Source: Eledone cirrhosa (lineage: Eukaryota). Taken from it: DNA of 64,000 nt. How positions within the stretch are numbered: position 1 is the first letter of the stretch; each line of letters starts with the position of its first letter. The notes under the pieces are model-generated. The model searched no databases. It was not told the DNA's origin and saw nothing but the letters and a program-made list of their open reading frames with translations. The DNA lies in NCBI GenBank assembly GCA_964016885.1, contig OZ024746.1, positions 49,848,001 to 49,912,000 on the forward strand, given 5' to 3'. Positions 42,992 through 55,956 of this stretch are shown piece after piece. The translations under genes were made by a program, and so were the position numbers.

Positions 42992-44304
42992 AAAATATTT
43001 GAAGGATTGTAGAAAATGTCATTCAGTATATAAACATACGAAGAGAGGGTGAGTATCTCTTAGGAACGAATTCAATGCTATTTCTTTCTTGAGTTGTCAT
43101 CTTCAAACCACCCCTCCAGAAAACAACAACAATAAAACACTCCCAAAGCAAACAAATATAAAATACTGCCTTAAACACAAACTTTTCTTCTTTTACTAAG
43201 TACACTGTTGTTTATTCTCTATAGGTAGTAATGTATCATTTTAATGCCATTATTATGACTTTTGCTCTTTTCTGCTCAATACCCATTCCATGTCATGTGT
43301 AGCAATCGAAATCACTAATAATTTTGGCCGTTTTCCAGTGACTGGTCGCCATATTTATTTTTATATCATGTTTTCACATGACCGATTGTTTCATTTCCTT
43401 TTACTGTAAAATCCTATAATCTCGTAATTTATTTCTTTAGTTGTTCTTTATCCCTTATCAGATCAATAGCACCTCACAAACATTTCAACAAATACAAGTT
43501 TTCACTCAATTCATAAATCCGTTCTCGCTTGATGTACCATAGTTTATTATTTCATGATTTTCCCGTCAACCAGTTTTCCACTTTATTTTACCTCCTGTTT
43601 ATGTTGACATTACGTTGTTCCATTTACTATGTTATAATATTCTACCTTTTCTTTCTCTCCTTATCTCATTCCCCTCTCTCCTCACACACTCTCTCTGCTC
43701 CCCCACGCCTTCCTGTACTTTTTCCCTCATATATATATATGTATATATATATATATAAATAAATAAATAACTATATATATATGTGTATGCTTGTATGCAT
43801 GTATATATACACACAAACACACATATGTATCTAAGCAGTTACACATATATATAAATATATAAATGTGTATATGCTGGTATGTATGAATATATAAATGTAT
43901 GTATGTATGTATGTATGTATGTATGTATGTATGCATGTATGTATATATATATATCTGTGTGTGTGTGTGAGTGTGTGTGCATATATGCGTGCTCTTCACA
44001 CATACACCCTTCACATTTATTTTTAGACCTATCGACAATAGAGCGCCAGCTTTCTGTTCGATTTCTAAATTCGATCCAACAAAGCCTATTGTTTATATTC
44101 GAACCCCCAATACAATAAACTGTGGTTTAAGTCTACAAAAGTCGTGGTTTTATGATGTGTTTGCTGAAGTGAAATAGAGGAAACCCAAACTCGTTCTTAG
44201 TTTACACCATTTCAAATATCACCATAATCGTTGAAAACCATTTACCATACGTTACTCATTGAATCATTAAGATGTTCACACTTGAATGCTTATGATGTTA
44301 ATTC

Positions 44305-44465
44305 ACTTGCTGCTGTTGTTGCTGTGTGCTGCTGCTGCTGCTGCTGCTGGCGTTACTACTGCTGGCGTTACTACTGCTATTGCTGCTTTCGCTGCTGCTA
44401 TTACTGTTGCCGCTGTTGAGGCCTTATACTACTTCTGCTGCTTCAGCTACTGATGATGGTGATGC

Positions 44466-44497
<32 letters not shown>

Positions 44498-44522
44498 AGG
44501 AGGTGGCTACTGATTATGATGG

Positions 44523-44554
<32 letters not shown>

Positions 44555-44665
44555 AGGAGGTTGCTACTGATAATTGATAATGATGATGAGGATGATGAGG
44601 ATGATAATGATGATAATGATAGAGTTGTTTATGATAACGATGGTGATGATATAAAAGATGGTGCT
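44305..44665. repeat. (CTG)n and (GAT)n trinucleotide tracts
   Basis: Directly visible. Confidence 0.9.
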
Positions 44666-44931
44666 AATAGTTATTCACCCTTGACTGGCGAGGAAAATGT
44701 GTAGTATGTCCAATGCCTCCACCATTTTAGATATTTGAATATTCTACCGTACTACTACTGCTGCTGCAGCAGTTGATGTTCTCATTTGTTTCACCCAATT
44801 TCAGCCCTGAACGACTATACCTGTAATCAAAGTCATTCCAGATGTGACCACCCTATCTTATATTCGGCTATCGTGTATCTAGAATGTCCTAACTCTATTG
44901 CAGAATGTCCTTTTTTACGGCAGAGTGTCAT

Positions 44932-45153
44932 TTAACTCTTCCTTTACTATATTTCTGATGTCTATTTCTGACGTCTATAATTTTCAAATAATTAGCGATT
45001 TAATAGATATAACTTTTTCATAATTAAGCTGGTGTGTGAAGTATAACTTAACAAAGGTCAAGTAATAAAATTACAATGGAAAGTTTTTAGATAAATATAA
45101 ACGCTTAACAAAATCAGAGGCAGTTTCAGGCAGTTTGGTTTCAAAAGGGTTAA
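44932..45153. mobile_element. Old piggyBac-like MITE (about 214 bp)
   Basis: TTAA|CTCTT...AAGGG|TTAA termini; TIR match short and degenerate. Confidence 0.45.
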
Positions 45154-46138
45154 AGGTAATATGGCTGCAGAAATCATAAGTTGCTTTTGCAGTTTTGTTT
45201 AGCTCCAGATCAACCTTGGCTGAGGAAAGCTATGATCAAAAGAATTCTGGTTATGACGCCTAGTATCTTTTGAGGCGCTACCTTTTTATTACATTATCAA
45301 AACCGCCTCCCCGATATATTCGTATGTTGTAAACTTTATCCATTGATTGGTTCAACACTGTTTCTTTGCTCTTGTATCCCTTTAAAGGAGTACACTCTGA
45401 TTTAATTGTTTAATTGAGTATGATTTGGTCATATTAAAAAAAAAAAAAACTCTGTCTCGATCCTGGAGGCTCATAGAGCCGGTTTCCGTGGTGTTAAGCA
45501 AAAGAGAGCGGACAGGACTCCAGCTATTGCTGAGACTCACCATGCCATGTGCCTTCACTTGTAATATGCACTATGCCTTTTCTTTCATCCTATTTGAATC
45601 AATGAAATAATTACAAGTGAAGCTTTTGGCTTCGATCTATTCGACTATACTTTCACTAAAAATGTATGGTCTTCATTCAATATTTTAAACCATTTTATTT
45701 TTTGAAATTCTGGTTTGTCACTGAAGTGCCATGATTTTTATAGTTTTCGAGACTTATGAAGGAAAGATAGAAATGAAACTATGGTTCATATTCCGCTGCT
45801 ATATCATATCTAGTTATCGAATTATATTAAGATTGAGATGACGTTCCAATGCTTGCAATAGATTACTCCTCATCCAAGAGCCGGAAATAGACTTCAATTT
45901 AACACCGGATAGGTGTTGCTAGTAACAATTAGCTGTTATGTAATGATGAAAGAACAAAGCGATGTTTTTTTGGAGTCTAAGCAAAGCATCCACATTTTAC
46001 TATGATATATATATATATATACATACACACAAAAATAGAAGCTTTCGCCGTATTTTGACTAAAGATAATTTCTTTAGTCAAAATACGGTAAAAGCTTCTA
46101 TTTCTAACTCAATTTCATACTTCGTTCGCTGTCTTTCA

Positions 46139-46202
<64 letters not shown>

Positions 46203-46248
46203 GAGGAGGTTATAGTTCACTTGAAGCATTGTGTAATGAGGTATAAAC

Positions 46249-47869
46249 GTTTGAATATGTATAATAAAGCCAAAACAATGCAGGTATGGACATAGAAAAA
46301 AGAATACAATTGCAAAAGATATTGTTGACAATTCGTCTTTTACCTTAGATTTATTTAAATGTCCTTAATTTTCGAGATAATATCTCTTCTTCAGAGGGAA
46401 ATAAAGGTCTCAAACCAGCGTTCTAACTAGCTTGCCAAGCCATGCTGACAGGAAATAGTATAGAGTATCTGTTCTATCTCTAATGTCAAAGAGTTAAAAT
46501 TAGGTGGATAAAGAGTAGTCTCCCTTTAAAAGGGGTTTGTTTTGGGTTTTTTTTTATATACATGCCTGTTTAAGTGTGTGGGAGAATGCATGAAGGTGTA
46601 AGTATGTGAGTGTGTGTGTGTGAGTGTGAGAAGATAAGTCTATTCGTAAATGTGGGGGATAGGTGTTATCTGGTGTTAGAACTGGTTTTGTGTGTGTATG
46701 TGTGAGAGAGAATAAGTGGAGGTGTAAGCGTGTGTGTGTGTGCGTGTGTGTGTGTGTGGGGTGTGTGTAAATATGGGGCTAGAAGCCCTATCAGGTTATA
46801 AATTGGGTGTTGAGTTCTAGTCTATTATTGATTGGTCGTTGTGTTTTATCTATAATTAGTGCTTCCTTAATTCTAAGATTGCCGAGGTTTCTTTCCTTAG
46901 TTTCTATCCTAACTGTTATGTTTTGTCGGTGTTTTTTCATTTAACTAGGTGTTTCTTAAATGAGGAAGCGTTAGAATTGAGGTGTTCTTTTATTCTTATG
47001 TGGAGTGGTCTGGTGGTGCTACCTACGTAGAAGTTGTTGCATTTGTCACACTCTAGTCTGTATACGACGTAAGCCTGGTGGCATAGGTCTGTGTCGTTGA
47101 TGGGGCAGTTGGCTAATCTGCAGCAGTTGTCATGTCTGGTGGAGTGTCTTTTGGTTAGCTGTCCGCGTAAAGAAGGACCTGAGTGGGCCAGTTGGATATC
47201 TAGTCCCTCTCGTCTGATGGCTCTGCGGATGGCTGTTGTTGTTTCTTCACTGAAGTGTGGGAGCTTCAGGAAACAAGTGTTAGTGCCTCGGGTGTGGTGT
47301 CCTCTGTTCTTTCTGGCACGGTTTGTGGTGTATGTCGTGTATCCGTTCAGTTTGAGTACTTCCAGGAAATGTGTCGTGTGTGTGTCTCGGTCTCTAGCGT
47401 CGGTGCATTTGTTCCGAATACGTGCCAGTTCGTTCCTTATGTATCCGAACTTGGCACCGAGTGGGAGGGCCGATCTGAAATGTACGAACAGGTCCCTGCT
47501 GGCGGATTTTTTATAGAAGCAGGTGTGGATGTTGCCTTCCTCTGTTACCCTGAGTTGGAAGTCCAGTAGGGATAGGGATCCGCGGTCATCGGGGTGTTCC
47601 ATGCTGAACTTTATACTGGCGTCCATGCTGGAGAATGTTGTGTATATTTTATCTGCCTCCTCACGGGATGATGTAAGGATGAGTATGTCATCTACATATC
47701 GGGTGAAGAAGGCATGGGAATGGCAGGTGTTGAGGGCTCGGCATTCTAGCTGGTTCATGTAGGTGATGGCCAGCAAGCCCGATAGGCTGGATCCCATGGG
47801 TAATCCTGTAGTCTCTCTGTATGTGTGGTGGTGGGAGGTGAAGTACGTGTTGTCTACTGTGAAGGACAA
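46249..47869 (-). mobile_element. 5'-truncated Penelope/Poseidon-like PLE: RT plus GIY-YIG (ORF 46937-47869, frameshift near its end) plus pLTR
   Basis: GLPMGSSLS, YVDD, LLDF, VVYRLECDKCNNFYVGSTTRPLHIRIKEH; continues in another frame as LRIKEALII...INNRLE. Confidence 0.93.
46363..46397 (-). ncRNA. Ultra-minimal type I hammerhead
   Basis: CCU-CUGAAGA-a-GAGAUA(u)UAUCUC-GAA-AAUU-A-AGG; stem III is the loopless palindrome AAUU. Confidence 0.55.
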
Positions 47870-47884
47870 AAGCTGGTGTATTGG

Positions 47885-48168
47885 ATACCATCAGGGTTGC
47901 AGGTGTTATATCAGAGTTTTCCTTCTCCTAGAATTCTGCCTTAATAAAGGCTAAGGGGTCATCTCTCCCGGTGATTTTGGATGGCCATTGACTCTTAAGA
48001 GCTCCTTTGCCCTTTGACAGGTTTTGTTTTTAGTCCTGCAGGATGTCCAAAGTCACCCTCCTCATCAAGAAACCTTGGTGGGGTTGCCAGTTTAGTCGCC
48101 AACGACCCGACCATGAGACAGGTTGTACTGGGATACATGTTACCAGTAGCACCAACTGGTGACCTGAC
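47885..48168 (-). mobile_element. RTE-like LINE 5' UTR fragment (partial second copy at about 48388-48472)
   Basis: Minus strand has GGCGACTAAACTGGCAACCCCACC and CTAGGAGAAGGAAAACTCTGA, motifs recalled from RTE 5' ends; internal duplication directly visible. Confidence 0.55.
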
Positions 48169-48536
48169 ATACATATATACATACATGCATACATACATAT
48201 ACACACATATATATACGTACCTATATATACAGATTATACATACATCAATACACGCATAAATATATTGATACATACTTATACACATAATACGTGGACGTAC
48301 ATTAAATTATCAATTTCTCTATAAATGTGTCACATACAAATGGACATATATACGTATTTACATGCCTACATACATTAGTACATACATACCATCAAGTTTG
48401 CAGGTGTTATATCAGAGTTTTCCTTCTCCTAGAATTCTGCCTTGACAAAGGCTAAGGGGTCATCTCTCCCGGAGACGTATTTACATGCCTACATACATTC
48501 GTACATACATACATACATACATACATACATACATAC

Positions 48537-50892
48537 AAAACAATATGACATAGATGGGTCAATACTGGAAACAGCTCTACAGAAAATGTCAAATAGGAAA
48601 TCGCCAGGCCCAGACCTCATTACAGGATACTGGTTGAAGAATTTCACTTTCTATCGGCAAGATCTCATACGGCTGTTTACAGAAACCATTAAGGGCACAC
48701 AAGAACTGCCCAGATGGTTATCAACTGCCACTTCTCTCCTCATTCCCCAAAAGAGCCAAACCACCCTTGCTAAAAATTACCGCCCAATTGCCTGCCAAAA
48801 CATCATGTATAAATTATATACTGGGTGCCTTAACCTGTTCTTACAGGATCACTGTGCTACCAACAACATCATAACACCTGAGCAAGCTGGTGGAAAGAGG
48901 GAGGTGTGGGGTTGCATAGATCACCTACTAACTAACAAAATGATTCAGGAAAAAACAACAAAGAATCGCAGAAACATGACTGTCGTGTGGCTGGACTATC
49001 AAAAAGCATTCGATAGTGTACCTCATGGGTGGATTATTAAGGCTTTACAGTTAGCTAAAGTCCCACAACCATTGGTAGCTGCTGTTGAACGCCTGACCAA
49101 GAACTGGTACACCAATTTGATCCTTAGAGGTAAGAAGGAGCAGGTTAAGACTGATAAGATACATTACCAGAAGGGCATCTTTCAGGGTGAGAGCTTGTCA
49201 GTGCTACTCTTCGTTCTCTCACTGAATCCACTATCTTACCTACTCAGGAAACAAGGTGGACAAAGAAGTGGGCCCAGAAGTATCTCCCATCTTTTCTTTG
49301 TTGATGACCTGAAGTTGTATGGGCCAAATATCAATGACATCAAGAAACAATTGGACCTCATTACACAATTTTCAACCGACATCAAAATGAAATTTGGTGA
49401 GTCAAAGTGTGCATATTTGGCAGTAAAACGTGGAAGAGCTGTGCCCTCCTCTAGAAATCTAGAGATGAACGGCCTGACAATACAACCTCTGCAGTCAGGT
49501 GACAACTACAGATATCTTGGACAGGATGAGAATGTCAGATATGATGTACCCATAAATAAGGAGAGAACCAGAACTGAATACCTCAGAAGAGTAAAGAAAA
49601 TATGGTCATCAGAACTGTCAGCATACAACAAATACATTGCCCACAATACTTATGCTGTGCCAATTCTAACGCCAACATTTGGCCTACTGAACTGGTCATT
49701 GCAAGAACTAAGTGAGATGGATGTTAGAACTCGAAAACTTCTCAGTGTTACTGGGAACTTTAACATCAATGGTGATGTGGATAGGCTATACTTCTCACGC
49801 AAGGAAGGTGGCCGGGGTCTAAAATCAATATTAACAACATAAGAAACCCGGATAGTAACACTGAAGCAACACCTTCAACAGAGGAAAAAGGTTGGCAACC
49901 ATCTTGCCCAGGTTTATGAGCATGAAAAAAGAAATATCATTAGAATAGCGACTGATCTGGAGGAGAGATATGGAATAAAGCCTGATATAAATCTCTCACC
50001 CAGAGAAATCGGAAGATCCTATTCAATGTTCAAACAAGATTAAAAAATTGACAGAAAAATTGACAGAAAAAGTTGTGCATGGATACTTGAGGCGTAAAAC
50101 ACAGACCATAGAGGGGATAAACCACTCAAAAAGCCTGGCATGGAGTTCCGACAAGTTTATGACATCACACCTTGAGGGATATCTCTATGCAATACAGGAA
50201 CAAGAACTCCCTACCAAATATCTGCTGCACAAAAGAGGAGGGCCAGCAGCTGACAATAAATGTAGGCTATGTAAAACAAAGATCGAGGATGTAAGCCACA
50301 TTGTTGCCAGCTGCGAAAGAATGTCATCTCGCTACTAGCTCCCCATGAGACACGATGGGATAGCTAGAACCATCTGGAACGCACTTCGGAAAACAAAATT
50401 AACAACAAACGAGGAAGAATATATTGAGACAGATGGCACTAAGGAATACTGGTGGAACCTGAAAATAAAAACTGCCACCAAATTAAAGCACAACCGGCCT
50501 AATATTGTTGTTTAGGACCACACATTGAAAACGTGTTCTGTTGTGGAGATCAGCTGCCCACTTGATGTAAACGTTGTCAGAAAAATACAGGAGAAGGAGG
50601 AGTTTACAAATCCAGTATCCAAGATACACCTTTAGCTTCATACCCATCATTATTGGTGCTACGGGTTATATACCAACCCGCTTGGACCAAAGTATGACTG
50701 AACTTGGATTTGCGGACAAAAAGCGCAGCTCCCTAATTCATAGTCTACAAATGGCTGCGATAGCTGGCACCTTCAAAATTTGCAAAACATTCTTGCGATT
50801 CAAGGGATGACAATTTCTTTTCTTTTACAACCTTGCCACCAGGAAGGTGGCCAGTCAAAAAAATATACTCGAAATTAAGAGAAAGAGAAAAC
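48537..50892 (+). mobile_element. 5'-truncated R4/Dong-like non-LTR retrotransposon family C in (TACA)n, decayed
   Basis: KSPGPD, NYRPIAC, LDYQKAFDSVPH, GIFQG, FVDD, GGRGL, CRLCK...HIVASC, RHD, NRPNIVV..E; several stops; (TACA)n on both flanks. Confidence 0.92.
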
Positions 50893-51261
50893 ATACATAC
50901 ATACATACATACATATATACATACATACATATATATATATACATAGATACATACATATATATACGTACAAATACACATAGGCGGACAGGGTCTAAAGATA
51001 TTGGTTGCCAGGAAGAGACAAAGGGGCTCACACACAACTACAATACTATCATTTAATTTTTATGATGAATAAATAAATTTTTTTTAAAATCCTCTCTATT
51101 TCTGTGTATGCAATTTACCGTAAAATTGTAAAGTAAAAATACGGATTATAGAATTTATTAAAAATCTCTTACATTCTCCAATAAAAAGGATCTTGTGAAA
51201 TATACACATCCACAAAATAGCAGTAATGAGCTTCGGTTTTCACACGCTATATATATATATA

Positions 51262-51471
51262 TTAAGAGAGTAAAACAAAGAAGCCTTCAATACATCAAAA
51301 GTCTTTATTAGCCGACAATGTTTCGTCCTATTAGGGACTCATCAGGGCAATTAAAACAACAAGAAGTAATATCGGCAGATACAAGCCGGAAGCTCCGAAG
51401 AATATGGACTTTTGATGTATTGAATAAAGACTTTTGATGTATTGAAGGCTTCTTTGTTTTACTCTCTTAAT
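51262..51471. mobile_element. Small PLE pLTR foldback with about 47-bp inverted ends
   Basis: 51262-51308 is the reverse complement of 51423-51471; next to (TA)n. Confidence 0.75.
51311..51348 (-). ncRNA. Canonical minimal type I hammerhead
   Basis: GCC-CUGAUGA-GUCC(cuaaua)GGAC-GAA-ACAUUGU-C-GGC; GUC triplet. Confidence 0.85.
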
Positions 51472-51568
51472 TTTTCGGCTCTGTTTAACTACATTGAGCT
51501 ATACCTTTTACTGTCATTTCTATAATACGAAGAGGGTGTTTAACTCCAACACACTCCAGTATTTTAAC

Positions 51569-51611
<43 letters not shown>

Positions 51612-51615
<4 letters not shown>

Positions 51616-51775
51616 CAGATTCAGGACCCCGCCGGCTGAGCTCCGGTCGTTTCGACAGCTAGGTCCGAACTGGATCGGAGTCCTGACTCTTTTCATATTA
51701 CCCACTCTACTACCCAAAGTATCTAGTACTCTGGTGCGTTTTGGTCCACCTGGTATCTTACAAATTCTTTGTTAT
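51612..51775. mobile_element. Rearranged pLTR fragment related to the 10.4-kb Naiad-like family
   Basis: About 51623-51670 resembles about 10533-10580 (HHR stem III half); about 51697-51773 resembles the reverse complement of 10441-10521; (TA)n on both flanks. Confidence 0.7.
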
Positions 51776-51784
51776 ATATATATA

Positions 51785-51829
<45 letters not shown>

Positions 51830-51858
51830 CAAAGAAAGAGTGGTAAGATACCAGGTAT

Positions 51859-51931
<73 letters not shown>

Positions 51932-52170
51932 ATGTGTGTGTGTATACATGATGATGATGCTGACTGGTATAGTCAATGGAAACTATAGCCGGACACACAA
52001 CGCTAGGGATTGCGAGGCGAGCAGGGCATTGCTCAGCGGTGTCAATGCAAGGCGAACCACAGACACACAGCTGTAGCTTGCAAGGTGAGCTGTGCTTTAG
52101 CACAGCCATACCGAAGCAAGCTACCTTCTTCTACTAGACAAAACTAGAAACAAATTATTATTATTATTAT

Positions 52171-55100
52171 TACAGTTGCATTTATCTTGCTTTATGTTCA
52201 TATGAGTTATCACCAAGTCACAACCAGTGACCTCAAGAGACAACAAGGTCCGCCATGTTCAAGAAAGAACATACACACTCACACATGCATCTTTAGTGTT
52301 TAGACTTGTGATGTACTTATATTGACAGAATATTCCTTAGTATATGGGCAGTTCCCATTAGTACTATCTTTTGTATTTCTCCTATACCCGGGTTTCCTGG
52401 GATTTGCGACAAGTAATCATTAGACGCCTTAGGTATCATTCCCAGAGCGCCTACAACCACTGGTATTGTTTTAGTTCTCAATTTCCACATTTTTCTAATT
52501 TCTATCTCCAGGTCCTTATACTTGCTCAATTTTTCAAATGTTTTTATAGATACATTCTTGTCTATTGGAACGGACATATCAATTAGCAGGCATACCCTCT
52601 TTTTAAAGTCCTTCAATATTATATCAGGTCTATTTGCATCTATTTTTCTGTCTGTTTGGATGCTAAAGTTCCACAAGATTGAGATGTGATCTTTTGCAAG
52701 TATGGGAGGTGGTTGATGCTCCCACCAATTCTTTTGATGGGGCAGGTCAAAATGCTTACACATTATCCAATGTATGTATTGTGCAGCTCTGTCATGCCTG
52801 TTTAGGTATTCGGTTGGAGCTATAGGACTGCACATTGAAATTATATGGTCAATGGTCTCTGGTTGTTTTTTGCATACACGGCATAATGGGCTGCATCCAT
52901 TTTTTATTATGTTGGCTTGGTAATTTTTTGTTGGCAGACACTGATCTTGTGCTGATATAATCAGTCCTTCAGTCTCCGATTTCAGTCCAGAGATGCCAAC
53001 CATTGATGGGTTAAAGTTTTGTCAACATCAGGATTGTTAGCTCGTTCTGGGTATTTTCCATACATAGTCTTTTCTTGCCATTTCTTAGCCAGTTTCTGTA
53101 GCAGTTCTTTCTTTGCAGTTACTTTTACCTGCTTTGCTTTTTCTGTGTTTTCCATTTCAGCAGTAAATGGGACTTCTGAAATTTGTAGTCCATTACTGTA
53201 TCTTTGTCCAACTTTTGTAATGGAATATGATCTTTTGATGCTTTCGTGTTTCAAAACGAGTTTGATCATCCAATCATGTGATTCCCTTAGATATGTAGAT
53301 AATCCAATTGTTGCAGTTTTCAACGCAATGTCTAACTGGATTAACCCAGGTCCTCCTTCTTTCCTAGGGAGATATATTCTATCTGTATCTGCCTTAGGGT
53401 GATGAATTCTGTGCATGGTTAAGAATTTTCGAATTTTTGTATCGAGCCTACGGATCTCTGTGCTTGACCAGTTGATGACATTGTAACTGTAGGTTACTAC
53501 TGGTATGGCAAGCGTGTTTATGGCATCGATCCTATTCCTTGCATTCAATTTCGTTCTTAAGATTGCACTTACTCTGCGGTAACATTCCTTCCTTATCCTT
53601 TCCCTCATTGTCGAGTGCTTGATTCCGTCTCCTTCACAAACACCTAGATATTTGTAAGTTTCCTCTTGATCAAGTTCTCTTATCACATTCCCCCGATCAA
53701 GATTAATGTCTGAACTCTTCAGCAGCTTTCCTCTGGTGAACGTTGCTTTGGCGCATTTATCTAGTCCAAACTCCATTTTAATGTCATCACTGAACTGCTC
53801 CACAGTGGATTGCAATTGTTCATCATTTTTTGCAAATAATTTCAGGTCATCCATGTAGAACAAGTGATTAATGGTTTTGTCATAGACTTTATATCCATGT
53901 TTTGTTTCATTGAGCATTTTACTTAATGGTATAAGTGCGATGCAGAATAAAAGCGGTGATAAAGAGTCACCCTGAAAAATTCCACAATTAATATTAACTT
54001 CTCCAGCTTCCAGTGATTTTGTTTCACTATTCAAAAGGAGTGTCGTTTTCCATGTCTTCATACTGAATGACAAAAACCCCCTGACAGCGGGGGATATTTT
54101 GAAAATCTCTAAACATTTTTCAACCGAACTGTGTGGCAAATTATCGAATGCTTTTTTTATAATCTATCCAAGCAATTGATAGAATTTTGTTTCTATTATG
54201 ACAATCTTCCAGTATCATTTTGTTAACCAACAGCTGATCCTTACAGCTCTATGAGCCTCGTCTACACCCTTTCTGCTCAATGGGAAATAGGTCATTTGTT
54301 ATCAGGTGGTCATATGTATATTCAGTTAGGACTGATGTTAAAATGTTATACATTGTGGTCAAGCAAGTTATCGGTCTGTAATTTTGGGGATTTTTTGTCT
54401 CATCTTTCTTCGGAAGCAGGAATGTAATGTCATTAACTAGCCATGATGGTATCTTTTCTTGCTCCTTAAATATTTCATTGTAAATTTGGGCTAACAGCTC
54501 ATGAAACTCTGTGAAGGCATTTATCCAAAAATTTTGCCTCAAGGACTTCTTTATTATCTTCCCTTGGCCATTTTTCTCTCTTTTTCTTTGGATTTCTTGG
54601 TGGTGAGCATGGAGAGCCAACAGTAGGAGTATTCCGGTTAAGGAAGGTCTCCAGCTCCGAGGTGATGGGAAGGTTTGAACCATTAGCTGATTTTTCGACC
54701 CCAGTCTGGTTGCTCTCTGAGGGACGCGGCCCTTTTTTACCCGGGTGACGGCCGATCCGGTATGAGATTTTATCATTAGACATTTACTTTATTTCGTCGC
54801 GTTTTATCCTTATCCTCCAAGGGGTAATCATTTCGTGTTACCACTTCTAGAACGAGTGTCAACCAAGACTAGAGGGGTCGTTCTCCCCTAGAGACACGGC
54901 TATTCCCCGCCGGCCGCCATCCCGGTATTTCTTGGTCACGGGGTTTTCTTTTTTGTTGTTTTTTTAAATTGTTATTATCATGAGTGGTTCCTTAATGTGA
55001 GCATTGCGTGGCTTAAGAATGAAATTATTAATAATTGTTTCCACTCCAGGCACAAGGCCAGCAATTACCCAGTGCATTACAATAATATATTATACTTTTT

Positions 55101-55535
55101 GCTGAAGTTGCCTGTTATTGTTGTTGGCTATGTCGGTAGTGGTGCTGGGGCTTTTTATATTGTTGGTGGGGAAGAGGGGAGCCAGCAGTGCCATAGTTGT
55201 TGACGTTTGGCCGGTGGCCGGGTCACTAAGTCAATCTATTTATATCTTTTGCTAGCCTCTTCCTTGTCTAGTTATACCGCCACCTTCCCCTTTCTTAAGT
55301 TAACAGAGGAATAGTGGTGGTAGCAATGAAGGAGTGGTGGCGGCGGTGATGGGATAGTGGTAGCAATGATGGATGGAGTGGTGGCGGCGGTGGCGTTGTC
55401 GTTACTGAGTTTTGTTGAATAGACTGTAGTTTTATTTGATCTGTAGTATCTATGCGTTTGTGTCGCGTATGTTTAATATATGTGTTGACACATTACTTTA
55501 ATATTGGAATTAAACATGTTAAAACTTGAGACAAT
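52171..55535 (-). mobile_element. R4/Dong-like family B copy with 5' region, internal deletion at about 54535 and frameshifts
   Basis: ORFs 54499-54783, 54249-54776, 52982-54139 and 52317-53003: YRPITCL, GIFQGDSLSP, YMDD, CRVC...HIISMC, RHD, NRPDIILKD; (TTA)n on both flanks. Confidence 0.93.
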
Positions 55536-55551
55536 TTATTATTATTATTAT

Positions 55552-55956
<405 letters not shown>

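Noticed and set aside
52073-52124. Hairpin as a SECIS element
   Set aside because: Lacks a correctly spaced UGA/GA quartet and apical AA loop on either strand
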